Assembly (NCBI GenBank): GCA_020137815.1
Contig: CM035361.1
Location: 2,418,001-2,482,000, forward strand
Origin: Hormiphora californensis
Lineage: Eukaryota; Animalia; Ctenophora
Direction of reading: 5' to 3'
DNA length: 64,000 nt
The position numbers and the translations under genes are program-made. Position 1 is the stretch's first letter; the number at the start of each line of letters is the position of its first letter. The notes below the pieces were generated by a model. It saw only the letters and a list, made by a program, of their open reading frames with translations, made no database searches and was not told the origin of the DNA. This document shows positions 12,269-25,343 of the stretch, one piece after another.

Positions 12269-14716
12269 TTACAAAAATAACTCAATCAAACTAAAAAATC
12301 CTGCAAAAAGTTTGCCCTGACAACTTTTACAGGTTTTTATCACTTGAAGATTACACAGTTCTATAATTTCATTACTTACTTGTCACGTACTATAATTACA
12401 TACTTACTCAGTTTTATGCACGTTGGTGGGTCACTGCTCCATTCATGTTGCAGTTGCCACGCTGCAACTGCCTGACATGTCAGTTTGGCCTCCCCAATCA
12501 GAACATGTTTCTTCTTACATTCCACTTCGATAACACTTCCTACCTCTTGATTATCCCAGGAATGGGTTACCGATCCCTCTATAGTGATGTCTGTGCACTT
12601 GAAGTCTGGGATTGGGAAATATCCCAATTTAGTGATGATTGGTTTCCCGTAAGGGATTCGATGAAACATGTGTTGCGTCCAAAATACAGTTGTATTACTT
12701 GATCGTTGTCAATTTAGTGATAGATATTTTCTTACATTATTTTTCAAGTTGATATTCTATAACAATTGCTCTTGATTATAAAGTCAAATTTACCTTTTGA
12801 TTCAATTTTTTCCCTGCCCGGGTGAATGCCGAAGGCATTCACCCGGATGCCTTTTTACTTTGTAAAAAGGCATAGCAGGGTTAGAATTCGAAAACGACAT
12901 TTTGGTATACTAACTAATCGGTAGAGGGACATTTTTTGGTCACACTTTAGTTGCGAGGGGCAACGGTGTAGCAATAAGAGCCGCGCACACAGTTACGAGC
13001 TGCTCCTTCATAAACCACTTCATTGGCACGTTTTCAGGAAATGTGTGGTGCGCAATGTGGCGGCGTGGCGCGCAATTTAGTGCTACTAAAACACAAGGAT
13101 TTGCTCTATACTGTTTGTCTGATGTATAAATCATCGGGATTTTGTGTCCCGCTTGTTGCTACAGCGGATCTGGTCATGATTTCCTTTCTTCATATATTCA
13201 CATGGCAGGGAAATTCAGCATTATGTTAGAACATAATGCAATTAATCTTGTTGTTTAATTTTGAGTCAAATTTACCTGGCTCGAAAGCGCAAGAACATGT
13301 CCCCCGAACCGCTGAACAAGTTATATCATACCAACCTGGCCAACCCGAACTCATTAATACACACCGCTCGTCTTTGTTGTTGGGTTCCTTATCGTGCCAT
13401 TTACTCCACTGTAGGGAAGTGCCATCAGGCCAAACCCAGTCTTTGTTGTCTCCCGTTTTATCATATTAGAGCTATGCAGGATATAATAGATATTGGATTA
13501 AAAATTAGTTGTTAGGCGGCGAATCAAAATTTAGATATAACTTACCGAGCCAAGTATCTATTTTGTGGTAGTGTGTCTGCCAATACAATCGATCGTTCTC
13601 TTCTTCGTTGAGGATCGTTGGTAGTTGACCGCCTAATCCAGAACAGTAAGCGCTGCACTCAGATTGGGGGGTCCCAGATGTGCCAGGGAATAGGACTAAC
13701 AGCTTGACCGTTTCTAGAATATATATTTTATTAAATTTGATAATAATCAAAATCATACCCTGCACAGATCTGCACAAATTGAAGTTAAATGTACATTCAT
13801 AATTCATCATTTGCATTTGTTACCGGTGAATGATGTTGGTTTTGATGTCGCTCCACAATCTGGTGACTCTGTACGCTGCTTGCAGGTCACTATCTGCTCC
13901 GTCCACCCATCGTTTCCACAGTACAAGTAGAGAGAATCTCCAATGCTGACCTTACCGAGCCCAGCAGTTCGAGCATACGATATAGGTATGTTACTCGTGC
14001 CCAGAGTACAATCTGGTGATAGAGAAGAATTAAACGTGACTTCGATTGGGTATCAAGTAAGATTCAGTACAAAACTTGCCTGTAACTTTGTAGATCATAA
14101 CTTCTGCTATGTTCATGATTGTGCGATTGCCATCCGTTTCCTCTTTAAAAAAGTAAAACTGTAATCGTTTTCTCGGTAGTAGCAGGACAGGAAACCGTGT
14201 AGGTTTGATCACTCACAGATGAACTATATAAGTTGACAGAGTTGATAGTACCACATAGTGTCTTACTTGTAGCACCGATAAGAGAGACCACTGTACCCAG
14301 TAGACGGTTTGCTACATCATATGTACATATGATTTAGCCAATCTGGGCAATAATACAATTTAGCTTTATATTCTAATATAGAGTATAGAAAGTATATTGA
14401 TTGTTATTTTTTCCCTGCCCAGGTTATTGGTTTGGAACGCAACGCAGATAATATTTTTGTTGTGATATAGGTACCTGTTAATGATGATCACTTTTTCAAC
14501 ATCCTGCGGTTCTGTCAACTCCTGCTTTAGCCACTGTTCTTGGTTACTTGTTCCAGAATGGTAAATAGTGTCAGTGTTACCATCTAGTACTTTGTTAGGT
14601 TCCCCGCTGCCAAACACAGTCCCTGCAGTAGCACTGGCAACACCAACTTGTTCCTCAGCAGCTCCATAAAGTGCTATCCCAAGAATCAGGAGTACAACCA
14701 ATATCATTGAATCCAT
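12269..14716 (-). CDS. Secreted multidomain lectin: signal peptide, F5/8 type C-like domain, C-type lectin domain, sushi/CCP domain (3' end uncertain)
   Basis: MDSMILVVLLILGIALYGA signal; VLDGNTDTIYHS...QWLKQEL...VIIINR (F5/8C); CSGLGGQLPTI...TWLG...WVWPDG...WSKWHDKEPNN...CV...WYDITC (CTL); C..GSVIEVEC..LIGEAKLTC..WSSDPPTC (sushi). Confidence 0.85.
12808..13213. mobile_element. Element with T-shaped terminal hairpin and 10-bp inverted ends (Helentron-like?) in a lectin intron; second terminus at 31871-31954
   Basis: TTTCCCTGCC at the left and GGCAGGGAAA at 13204-13213; two stacked hairpins at 12812-12880. Confidence 0.6.
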
Positions 14717-15742
14717 TTACATACTGATTGATAGGAAATTCAAAATGGGGAGGGGTGAACATGCCTTTTGAAAATGGTCCCCAGCCGAGCATTTAAAATA
14801 AACAGATGAACAGATAAGATAAAAATTAAAAGTGTATAGAATGTCTCCAGAAAACCTTCGCAGATGCTCAAATATCCAACTTACGATTTGGTGCTGTTTG
14901 GAACGACGCGTCTAATTTTTTGACTATTTTTTCAAATTTGTAGCAGGAATAGAAGAAAAGTATAGATTCAAGAAAAATATAAAACCAAAGGTAGCTATTT
15001 CTAGAACTACAAATGCTTTGTCACGGGATATTAGCTCTCACTCCGCTCCCCACTCCTCTCTCCATCATTCTCTTCCTCTCTCTCTCCCTCCATTCTTACT
15101 TTTTCTGTATGCATCAACCTCTCTTAGATCAGGATTCCCCGTTTTCAAAATCAGAGAGCTCTCCCCGTACTGCACACTGATATATCTATAAAAATAAACC
15201 AGGAATTCTTTTACTTAGTGCTAAATACACAGTAGGGACCAGTTACAAAATTGGAAACTGATGTCGGTTTCCGGTTGCGGCTAGCAGTACTGACACTACT
15301 ACGCACGGCGCCTACTTTCAATGCAATTCACATCGAAATTCGGTCACGTGATCGTAGATGTCGCTCGCAGCATGTTTTACCACCTAAGTGTCCCAGCTGC
15401 AAACTGACGTCAGTTTCCAAACTGATGTCAGTTTCCAATCTGTAACTGGAGCGTAACCCTTATCGATTTCAATTATTAGGCAACATCAGGATTATGAGAT
15501 CTCAATGACAAAGACAGTAATTAGTATGACTGTTAGGGTTGAATATGTTTTGATGTATTCAGTACAAACAACCTTAGCTGATCAATTGTATCAGCAATCA
15601 GAGAGACCCCTCACATAAAACATCTTACTTCACTTGTTATCACAGTTCAGACTGCACACATGGACTCATTTGATGTGTGCAACTTTGTCTTGCTCGACCC
15701 TCTTTCCCACGACCGCCAAATGTAAAGGAGGATTTGGTTTGG

Positions 15743-15941
15743 TGGTCTGACTGTGGTCTGGAAACCCCCTACTGCACGGAGCTTTTCTGAATCACCTTTT
15801 CGAGACAAATCCAACGCAACTGGAATTAGCTTTCTATCTTATCGGGAAGTTTGGGCTTGAGCCCCTTCAATTTTAGCCATTTTCGGGGCACAATCAGAGA
15901 CCTGTTAGAAATCCAGGGGGTTTCAGACCACAGTCAGGCCA
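15743..15941. mobile_element. MITE with ~27-bp TIRs
   Basis: TGGTCTGACTGTGGTCTGGAAACCCCCT versus AGGGGGTTTCAGACCACAGTCAGGCCA. Confidence 0.75.
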
Positions 15942-16238
15942 TGCGCCCTACAGATACTTCACCGGAACTGGACGGAGTTTCAGTTGCACTCACCAAAGAC
16001 TGTACCTCGCACTGCGCCCCGAACTCTGAAGGCACATGGCTCAAGTGGTACTGTTGTATCCGTCTGTCGTCATACTACAATCTGTTGCCTGGCTAGACTG
16101 TGTAAAGGGAGGGTTAGAACATAACAAACAATCTGTATTACTGTAAGTTGTAACATCCCGGTTTGGAGAGTGCAGTCTTTGGTGAGTGCAACTGAAACTC
16201 AGTCCAGTTCCGGTGAAGTGATATATCTGTAGGGCGCA
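15942..16238. mobile_element. MITE with ~60-bp TIRs, directly abutting the previous element
   Basis: TGCGCCCTACAGATA..CTTCACCGGAACTGGAC..GAGTTTCAGTTGCACTCACCAAAGACTG is mirrored at ~16173-16238. Confidence 0.8.
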
Positions 16239-16608
16239 GGGTCCCCCAAACTGGTATTGATGCGCGCGTGTACATGTATCAGACAGTGCGCGCGCTATTT
16301 CACATCCTGATTTCTGATCTGCATGTGAACAGCGATGCAGCTGCTGCAGTCTCCTGTCTTGTTGTGTCTCACTTCTGCTTGGTGCCTTGCTTGTAACAAG
16401 CGGACAGTGTGTGTATTGTGTGTGTGTGTGTTCGGTACTTCCCGTCGTACCGACAGTGACAGATACCGAATTTAGGCTGTGACGTAGCTGTCCCTGGAGT
16501 ACCTTGCTCGACCCTCTCTCACCCCCTTTACCAATAAGGATAAGAACGTAATCAATCCCCCAACTCAACTCCACATTTTATTAACCTTTCCTTCATGAAT
16601 ATAGGGTC

Positions 16609-17448
16609 ATGTCCGGGTTCCGAGCGACGAGGACTATTCGTCGAATGATCCACTATGGACCATTACTGGCATCATTCATCATCATGTTGGTAAGTGGTAA
16701 ATTAGTTAAACATTAATTAGTTATTTAATTGATTAATCATTAATAAACTGAAATAATTAATTAATGATTCATTCTAGCTGGCAGTGCCGGAGCCGTTTTA
16801 ATTCTGACAGTCCGATTTTATCATTATCAACCAACTACAGGTCTCTATCATGACGCTGGTCTGTATCTGTGTGTCAACTCCCATATCGAACTACCGTCGT
16901 CCTGACGGGCAAGTAACATGGAGACACCATGCGACTGGGGGTAAGTGGGAAATAGAGGGGTGAATTAGGTGTACTATAGAGTTGTATTAGTGACTGGGGG
17001 TAAGTGGGAAATAGAGGGGTGAATTAGGGGTACTATAGTGTTGTATTAGTGTAGCCCCTTCACTAGTAGAGGGTGAATTAGGGTCATTCTGATGTGTATT
17101 TATTAGGGGTAATTGGGTAATTATAAATAGTAATTGGGTGGCAGGTATAAAGAAAATGGGGGTGAATTAGATATTCCTGGGTGTATTTGGGGTATGAACT
17201 TTTTTAGGGCTCGACCCCTTCTAGTCTCACACCCCCTATTCTCACACCCCCTATTCTCACACCCCTTTCCCCCTATTCTCACACCCCTTTCCCCTCTATT
17301 CTCACACCCCCATTTCCAGGTGCCTTTGTGAACCTAACAATATTCCTCATTCTCGCTATCCTCACCACGTACCACTTCCTCTGTTCAATATTCCACGGAC
17401 CAGGCTTTGTGAGAAGCGAGTGGAGACCAGAGAATAAGGTATTATGCT

Positions 17449-17515
<67 letters not shown>

Positions 17516-20500
17516 CTCTCCCTCTCTTTCTCTCTCCCCCTCCCACCCAGAAAGAGGAATCACGGCTCCAGTGGTGTGTTGAGTGTGAAGCGTACAAGTG
17601 TCCCCGGTCGCATCACTGTAAAAAATGTGGCAGGTCAGTTACCCGGGATGTTTAGATTTGTTGTGTCAGGTCAGCACTTTTGTAGTTTCGAGACATCTTT
17701 CGTAATTTTCCCTGTTTAAGTTTGTTAGTTAACATATTTTCCCACTGGTTGGTTAACATATTTTTGTTTAGGTGTGTTAAAAAGATGGACCATCATTGTC
17801 CATGGATAAACTGCTGTGTGGGTCACAAAAACCATGCCCATTTTCTCAGGTAAGGACTGCAGTAGCAACCATACATGGGCATATAGTGATCTTTTGACCA
17901 TATATGGAACTATCTTTGTTGTGCCCATTGTTCAGTGGAAATGAGAAACATAAAACCCAGTGTTATCATTAATCACTTGTGAAAGTAAAAAGTGAAAGAT
18001 CAACTGTTTCAGGTTTTTGTTCTACGCCTCAACTGGCTGCTTTTATGGAGGAGTAAACATCGCATCAGTCATCATCAGAATGATATTTTTTGTGAGTTTC
18101 AGACTTACAGAGGGGGTGGAGTTTCCTTGATCCCTGATATTTTGTTATTAGAACAACTAACTAATTAATTAATTAACTAATTTACTAATTACCCTAATGT
18201 AAATTTCATTGTAAAATTTTGAGATATAATATAATTCTTTAGGTAGCACTGCTTGTACAACTTATAACACCCCCCAGTGTTATAAGTTTTCACTTATAAC
18301 ACCCCCCAGTGTTATAAGTTTTCACTTATAACACCCCCCAGTGATACATGAAAACTTATAACACTGCTGCACTTAGAAGTCCTTACTCCACTGTTTCTGT
18401 CACACTTAAAAACCGTTAGAAAGATAAGCATTTACGAACTCCCTCTCTCTCTTTCTTTATGTCACACTCTCAAGCCGTGGCAACACCGAGATCAAGATAA
18501 CAGTCACGAACTCCCAGACCCACACATTCTTTATCTCTCTCTCATTCTCGCTAATCTCTCACTCTCTTTACCTATAGATCTCAGGCGTTATCTTATCTCT
18601 GCCTGCTACCTTATCATGAATTCGTTCTATTGTTACGCCCTAAACTGTCTCTCACTCTTGTTTTAAAAATTTTACAATGCAATTTTATTATGCCTATTTT
18701 CGTTGTACCTGACGTCAACAATAATGTCCCAGATTCTTACACTTTTAGACCTCGCAGGCTCGGTCAAAAAGTAAAACTACATCACTCGCAGGCTCGTGAG
18801 GTAGTTACACTTAGTGGCACTCGCAGGCTCGTGCACTAAAGTACAAGAATCTGCCTCGACCTGTGGTCTCGGATCATTATTGTTGTACTTATAACACTCG
18901 ACCTTCGGTCTCGTGTTATAAGTTTTCAGGTACAACTTATAGGCATAATAAAATCCTACAGTATAACCACGGGATGAATTTCATCTTGATGTACTACTTT
19001 ACTGGAGTTGCTAAATTTGTTATCCTCGTATTTTCCTGTGGGGTAGCATTTGGAGTTTCACTCGCTGTTGGATTCTTGCTAATTATGCAGGTGAATGATA
19101 ATTAATTGGTAAATTACATAATTGATTAAGGGGTAGCACAATTACACCATCCCTTCCCTAGATTCAACAAAACAATCCTTACCTAGATTCTAAGTTCTAA
19201 CCTGTCGCCCCCATTGTTGAATGTTCTAACCCTCCTTAGTCCTTTAAATTTGTCGGGTCGAGCAAGGCAACTCCCCCAACAAAACATACCTTCCCTAGAT
19301 TCGAGACATCACAAAGAATCAGACAAGTATCGAGAGTTGGATTATTACGAAGGCACAGTGGCGACACAAAGCAATGGGAACCACATTTGTATACCCTTAC
19401 GATTTGGGGTCAAAGTGGGAAAACTTTAAATTGGTACGTATTTCACACCATGTACAGTACGTGGTGTTTGTACATATATACCCTGCTAACTTAAATAATA
19501 CGCCAGTGGCGAGAAGTCCCACTAGCGCGCTCTCAGTAAACAGCCAGTCCAGCGGCAGATTATTTCCCACTGGCAGGTTATTTATTTTTAACTCCTACGT
19601 AACATTCAAAGTGTGTGTAAATGATCAGTTCTTACTAAAATACAGAGGGAACACTATGTGCAACACTTACACACTACATTGGAGAGAAAGAAAGGACACA
19701 TTCGGTCAATTACTCTCTCTTTATCTCCCCTTTTGTCTCACTATCTCTTTCTCTGTGTTATGTGTGACATGCCCCTTATCAGGCTATTTCTTTCACTCTC
19801 TTTCCTTAGCAACTGCTTAGTAACTGTTACCAAACAGTTTACACTCAATTGTGAGGTGTTTTTAACTATTTCTCAGTTCTCTTTGTGTGTTTTGATTAGT
19901 GTTCTCTCTCTTGTTGGTGTGTAATACTTGAAATAAACAACTAAAGCAGGGTATATAACCCATAAACTCTGACCACTGGCACGTTATAGGTTTAAACCCC
20001 TCCGCCTCTCCCTCGGCTCCGCCTCGGGATCGTCGTCGTGATTTAAACCAGTTTATCCGCCAGCGGCGGATAAACTCCAGCTAACTTCTCCCAGCGGCGC
20101 GCTGGGAGAAAGTTATCTGAAATAACGCGCCAGTGGCCAGAGTTTATGCCTCATATACCCATCGCTATCATGAGTGAAGCTTGGTTTGTGTCAGTCTTAT
20201 TTCTTAGTTCTCTGCTCATAAAATTGAATTTTATTTCTTCAAACTCGTATTATTTTCAGGTTTTGAACATGAGTAATTTTGCTCATGGAGACGGGTACAC
20301 CTGGAAGGTACGAGAAGGTTGTGATCAGTTTACCCTTACTCACGAGCAGATTCTCCAGAAGAAACTGAAACGAAGCAGAATGGTATGTTCAATTCACATT
20401 TTTAGCGCTCTACGATATATCTGGAGCCATGTCAGTCGACAGTCTAGGGCAAGATTGTAAGACACAAGGATGTAAATGATGGTCTTCGTTTCTTACGCAT

Positions 20501-21348
20501 AACACTGCTCAGTATTCATGGTGTATCAGACTGTATTTACCATCGGCATTTCCGTTTTTTCACAGATAGAACACTTCGATCTTTCTCACCACTAAAAACA
20601 TCTCCTTTTTCACAGATAGAACACAAGATTGTACGTTCCTACAATGCTGCATGGTTTTCATCTCTCACAATGGCAAACCCACTTCTATTTTGTGTCTGTA
20701 ACGCTATAGATGACCCCTATTTGACGGTGGAGGAGGGGGAACAAGTGTTTGTCTCACGATACCGAAAGTAAGTTGTATTGGAGAGAGAGCGGAGAAAGGG
20801 TGCCATCTAATCATTCCCCAATGGTTACCATGGTTACCATGATTACCATGTTTACCATTGCTAAATGCTATTGGTTACGGTAACCAATAGCAATGGTAAA
20901 CATGGTAATCATGGTTACCATACCATTCTGCAGCTGGATAGCAGTTAGATTTTATATTTTTCAGGCGTTGGCTCTATGGCTCTGCTGTACGTAAATCGAA
21001 AAACAAAAAGGGCGAAGTCGTAGGTAAGTTTTGAAAACCAAGATATTTAAACTAATTATTCGATGAGATGTAACCTGGTTGACTACGAATTACCCCACCG
21101 ATATGGCAATGTTGGATCTTGCCTTCAGCCCACAATAATAAACGAAGGAAGACACTGCAAAACGTCGATTTTAATAAAAATACAAATATATTGATCTTTT
21201 CTAAATGTTCTAAAGCACTCTTACAAACATTTCAGATAAAGAGACGGGAGGGTGGTTCCCAAGGCTCTGTGCGGTAGAGGTTGTCAGCAACAAACAACAG
21301 AAGACAGAGCCAACAGAGAAAATAGGGGAAAGAAAGAAAGATATTTAA
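16609..21348 (+). CDS. ZDHHC6: Palmitoyltransferase ZDHHC6
   Basis: IHYGP near the N-terminus; [18 protein letters not shown] (17772-17829); YPYDLG.KWENF; [21 protein letters not shown]; C-terminal SH3-like segment ending GWFPRLC; stop at 21346-21348. Confidence 0.95.
18245..18950. mobile_element. Non-autonomous element with tandem hairpin units (CTTATAACAC...GTGTTATAAG); Crypton-like, class uncertain
   Basis: 31-bp palindromic units at ~18261-18364; the same motif recurs at ~18888-18927 around CTCGACCTTCGGTCTCG. Confidence 0.5.
19490..20160 (+). mobile_element. Dispersed repeat, Crypton-like (CTCGGCTCCGCCTCG hairpin); second copy ~33790-34147
   Basis: ~350 bp near-identical between 19800-20155 and 33797-34146. 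Confidence 0.65.
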
Positions 21349-21906
21349 TAAGTTGGAGTTATAAATTAAGTTGTTCGTAGACATTATTATTTTAGTTCGT
21401 AGGATGATATTATTCTTGTTATCTAAGGGTTCATCGTGAGTGTTTTTCAGAAGGATTTTGTTTATTATTTTTGATTTTCCAAATGTCCTGAGGTACGGGC
21501 TGAGTGTTTATGTCTTACTTCAGTTACTGACTGTACTGGCAGGGGTCTATTGATCATCACAGTTCGACCCCGGCCCCGGGCCCGATTTACCGGGATGTAA
21601 TTCTCAGAGGGAAAGGGTTTTGCCCGATAAATTAAAATCGGGGTCCGGTTATCGGAGCCCGACTGAATTCAGTTTGTTGCTCATTTTTTGAGATATTTGT
21701 ATTTTCAGTAAAAGTAGAGTTGTGGAGTATATTTATTACATATTAAATAATAAATATGAACCTTCTTGTTAAAGAAATTCTTACTTTCATTTGTTCGCCA
21801 GAAATGCAAACTGGATTGATGGAAAAGCGAAAGTGATTGCGCGGCTTTTGTTTTGCGCGTTTTAATCGCGCGCGATTTTCAGCTGATGAGCCTTTTTTGG
21901 AATGAC

Positions 21907-23108
21907 TACGGTAGTGGAAGCTCTTACGGTAATTCCCACGCCCCGTGGGAAAGTTTTCGACCGTGGGAAAGTTTTCAAAGCGTGGGAAAAGAGAGATACA
22001 TACAATAACTAAGAAAAAACAATTTATTTTTTGTAGTTATTGTATGTATCTCTCTTTTCCCACGCTTTGAAAACTTTCCCACGGTCAAAAACTTTCCCAC
22101 GGGGCGTGGGAATTACCGTAAGAGCTTCCACTACGGTGGCAGATTCCGGCCAAGTGTTTTTTCAATCTTAAGTGGAATGTTTTTGTTTGAAGTTTTATAA
22201 AAATTTTATTTCAAAATGAAAATAAACATGTCGTTAAAATTATTGGCCGGAATCTGCCACGCGGGTGGCAGATTCCGGCCAAGATTCTCAAAAAACCTTG
22301 GCCAAAATCTGCCACACACGTGGCAGATTCTGGCCAACCAACTAAAACTTGTTTATATCAAAGCGAAAACCACTGCACCCGACTAATTTTGATACGCTGA
22401 ATCACGTAAGATACTTTTCCAATCCATCAGAGGTCGGGAAAGTGTCATAATTGACCATATTTGGGTCTAATTGACCCCACTTACAACTTTTCACCTTGAA
22501 ATGATAGACCCTTATGTGAAGGCACTTTTCCGACTAATTTTGATACGCTGAATCACGTAAGCAACTTTTCCAAGTCCTCAGAGATCGGCAAAGTGCCCTA
22601 ATTGAGCAATTAATGCTAATTAGACCCAATTATACCCAATTAGGGCACTTTCCCGACCTCGGAGGACTTGGAAAAGTTGCTAACGTGATTCAGCGTATCA
22701 AAATTAGTCGGAAAAGTGCCTTCACATAAGGGTCTATCGTTTTAAGGTGAAAAGTTGTAAGTGGGGTCAATTAGACCCAATTATGGTCAATTATGACACT
22801 TTTCCGACCTCTGAGGGATTGGAAAAGTATCTTACGTGATTCAGCGTATCAAAATTAGTCGGGTACAGTGGTTTTCGCTTTGATATAAACAAGTTTTAGT
22901 TGGTTGGCCAGAATCTGCCACGTGTGTGGCAGATTCTGGCCAAGGTTTTTTGAGAATCTTGGCCGGAATCTGCCACCCGCGTGGCAGATTCCGGCCAATA
23001 ATTTTAACGACATGTAAATTTTTAATTTGAAATAAATTTTTTATAAAACTTCAAACAAAAACATTCCACTTGATAGAAAAAAACACTTGGCCGGAATCTG
23101 CCACCGTA
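21907..23108. mobile_element. Composite of two foldback elements (~21912-22133 and 22132-23108) flanked by 7-bp direct repeat GAATGAC
   Basis: ~105-bp and ~470-bp near-perfect inverted arms; GAATGAC at 21900-21906 and 23109-23115. Confidence 0.9.
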
Positions 23109-23299
23109 GAATGACTTTATTTTTTCGAGGATAAGAAGAATTATCAAGACCGTGAATTAATTAATTTATTGTTTGTTGTTACTTTTACTTTATTTTTTCG
23201 CGATTTTATCCTCGATTTTTGATATTTTCAGGTTTTTGGACTCCACACTCCACCGTCCATTGAGCCCGGGCCCAGGGGATCGGAAGAATTATACTAGAA

Positions 23300-25106
23300 T
23301 AAAAAATTCGAACCATAGAAACCTTGCCGATGTTTAAAAAGGCCTTGAAAACCCATATGTTTACTTTGGCTTATGGACCTGAATAAACCTCACTCGGCAT
23401 TATATCAGTACCGCACCATCTTCCCGGCACAAATCTACCTGCATCATTTCCTGGGCACCCAGTCCAGTTAACTTCACAGTAAATCTGTTGTTTTCCCCCA
23501 GGCTCCAGCTCCGCACATAAACGCCTCATTATTCCCTGCCTATAATATTCCTTGCATGCGGTTCTAAATCTGATCCTGTTTCACAACTTTTGGGAAATAG
23601 ATCTCTCCCTTGGCCTTACCTGGTTCGTTCCTGGGTTCCCGTGTCCTGTCTGCTGTCTCTCGCTATCACTGCCACCACTACCCTACTTCCAGACCCACAC
23701 TCCAGCTCCCTTATATCCCACCTATGACCTGCTGTCTAAATCCTACATCATTCCTTCCTGGAACTAAATAGTCTGCCTCCCTGTCCTTACATGGTTCGCT
23801 CCTGGGCTCTCGTGTCCTGTCTGCTGTCTCTCGCGATCACTGCCATCACGCCCTACTTCCAGACCCACACTCCAGCTCCCTTATATCCCACCTATGACCT
23901 GCTGACACAATCCTATATCATTTCTTCCTGGAACTAAATAGTCTACCTCCCTGTCCTTACCTGGTTCGTACCTAGGTTCTCGTGTCCTGTCTGCTGTCTC
24001 TCACTACCATTGCCACCACGCCCTATTTCCAGACCCACACTCCAGCTCCCCTATATCCCACCTATGACCTGCTTTCTCAATCCTACATCATTTCTTCCTG
24101 CAGTTCCATGGAACTAAATAGTCTGCCTCCCTGTCCTTACCTGGTTCGTTCCTGGGTTTCCCGTGTCCTAGGTGCTGTCTCTTCTTCCAGACCCTCTCTC
24201 CAGCTTCCTTACATCCCACCTGACCTACTGTCTCTACTCTGCACCATTCCTTCCTATATTCCTTCCTACATCCCTTCCTACTTTCTACACCATTCCTTCC
24301 TACATCTACCTGAGACTTAGTAGAGGGACCACCTATGACTGAGTCAATGAGTTAATATTTTCAAGTGTGCATTTTGTGTAAATTGTTAACATTTTCTGGC
24401 CTCTGAGTTGTTTAGCAGAGTTTGAGTAGCTGAGGTTCCAGACTGGCTGAGTTTTATGCCGAAGAATGAAGAAAGAAGACCATACACACCGTTTTTCTCA
24501 ATACGTTTTTCTCGATAAAAAACTTGTCAAGGATACCGTTTTTCTCAATACGTTTTTCTCGATAAAAAACTTGTCAAGGATACCGTTTTTCTCAATACGT
24601 TTTTCTCGATAAAAAACTTGTCAAGGACTCTTCAGTGAGTGTGTGTTTGAAGGACAGCTAATTTATTATTTATTTATTACCGAATCTGTGTGTATGTGTT
24701 TGTGATTGTCTGTTTGTCTGTGAATGTGTTTGTACGTGTGTTAGTATGTTTTTGTATTAACCGTTTTGTATTGACTGCTGATGTTGTGTTTTGCGTCTGT
24801 GACTTTGTGTATTCTGTTTAATCTGTTTTTATGTTTGTCTGCTTGTTTTGTCAGTTCGTTACCTTGTTTTCTATAACCCCTTGTTCCTCGTATTTTGTGC
24901 ATCTAATGCTACTAGGATGTGTATCACTGTCTCTAAGTATTGTTTAAACCGCTTTAGGAAACCGCTGATGTGAACTGTATATTTTCACCTCTCAGCCTTG
25001 TATCACTTTATTAGTGTATGGTGTAAGAGCGGGACGAAGTTATATATTAATTGTGTGACTTTGTGATAAATTGTGCGTAAACTTAAACTTAAACTTAAAC
25101 TTAAAC
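23300..25106 (+). mobile_element. 5'-truncated L2-type LINE: ORF2 C-terminus, long 3' UTR with ~170-bp and 47-bp tandem repeats, (TAAACT)n tail
   Basis: IETLPMFKKALKTHMFTLAY at ~23315-23386 resembles VFKQQLKTYLFKKAY of the L2 at 52012; microsatellite tail at ~25078-25106. Confidence 0.7.
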
Positions 25107-25214
25107 ATGTCTCTCCGAAAAGGATACAACCGAAATCAAATATTACATTAGGCATTTGACACCCTCTCTTTTACTTCACCAGTATTCATGAATCCTGAAT
25201 CCTCCAACGTTTTA

Positions 25215-25340
25215 GCTACCGACCAATCTCTAACCTCAGTTTCGTTTCTAAAATCATCGAGAAATGCGTTGCTCATCAGCTCACCGACCACCTGGAACAA
25301 CATCAACTGTTTGCCAAGGTACAGAGTGCCTACCGAAGAA
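25215..25340 (+). pseudogene. LINE reverse transcriptase fragment
   Basis: Translates YRPISNLSFVSKIIEKCVAHQLTDHLEQHQLFAKVQSAYRR. Confidence 0.85.
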
Positions 25341-25343
25341 AAC

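Noticed and set aside
21140-21180. Penelope-type hammerhead ribozyme remnant (also CTGATGAG near 21883)
   Set aside because: The CTGANGA...GAAA core and stems are incomplete.
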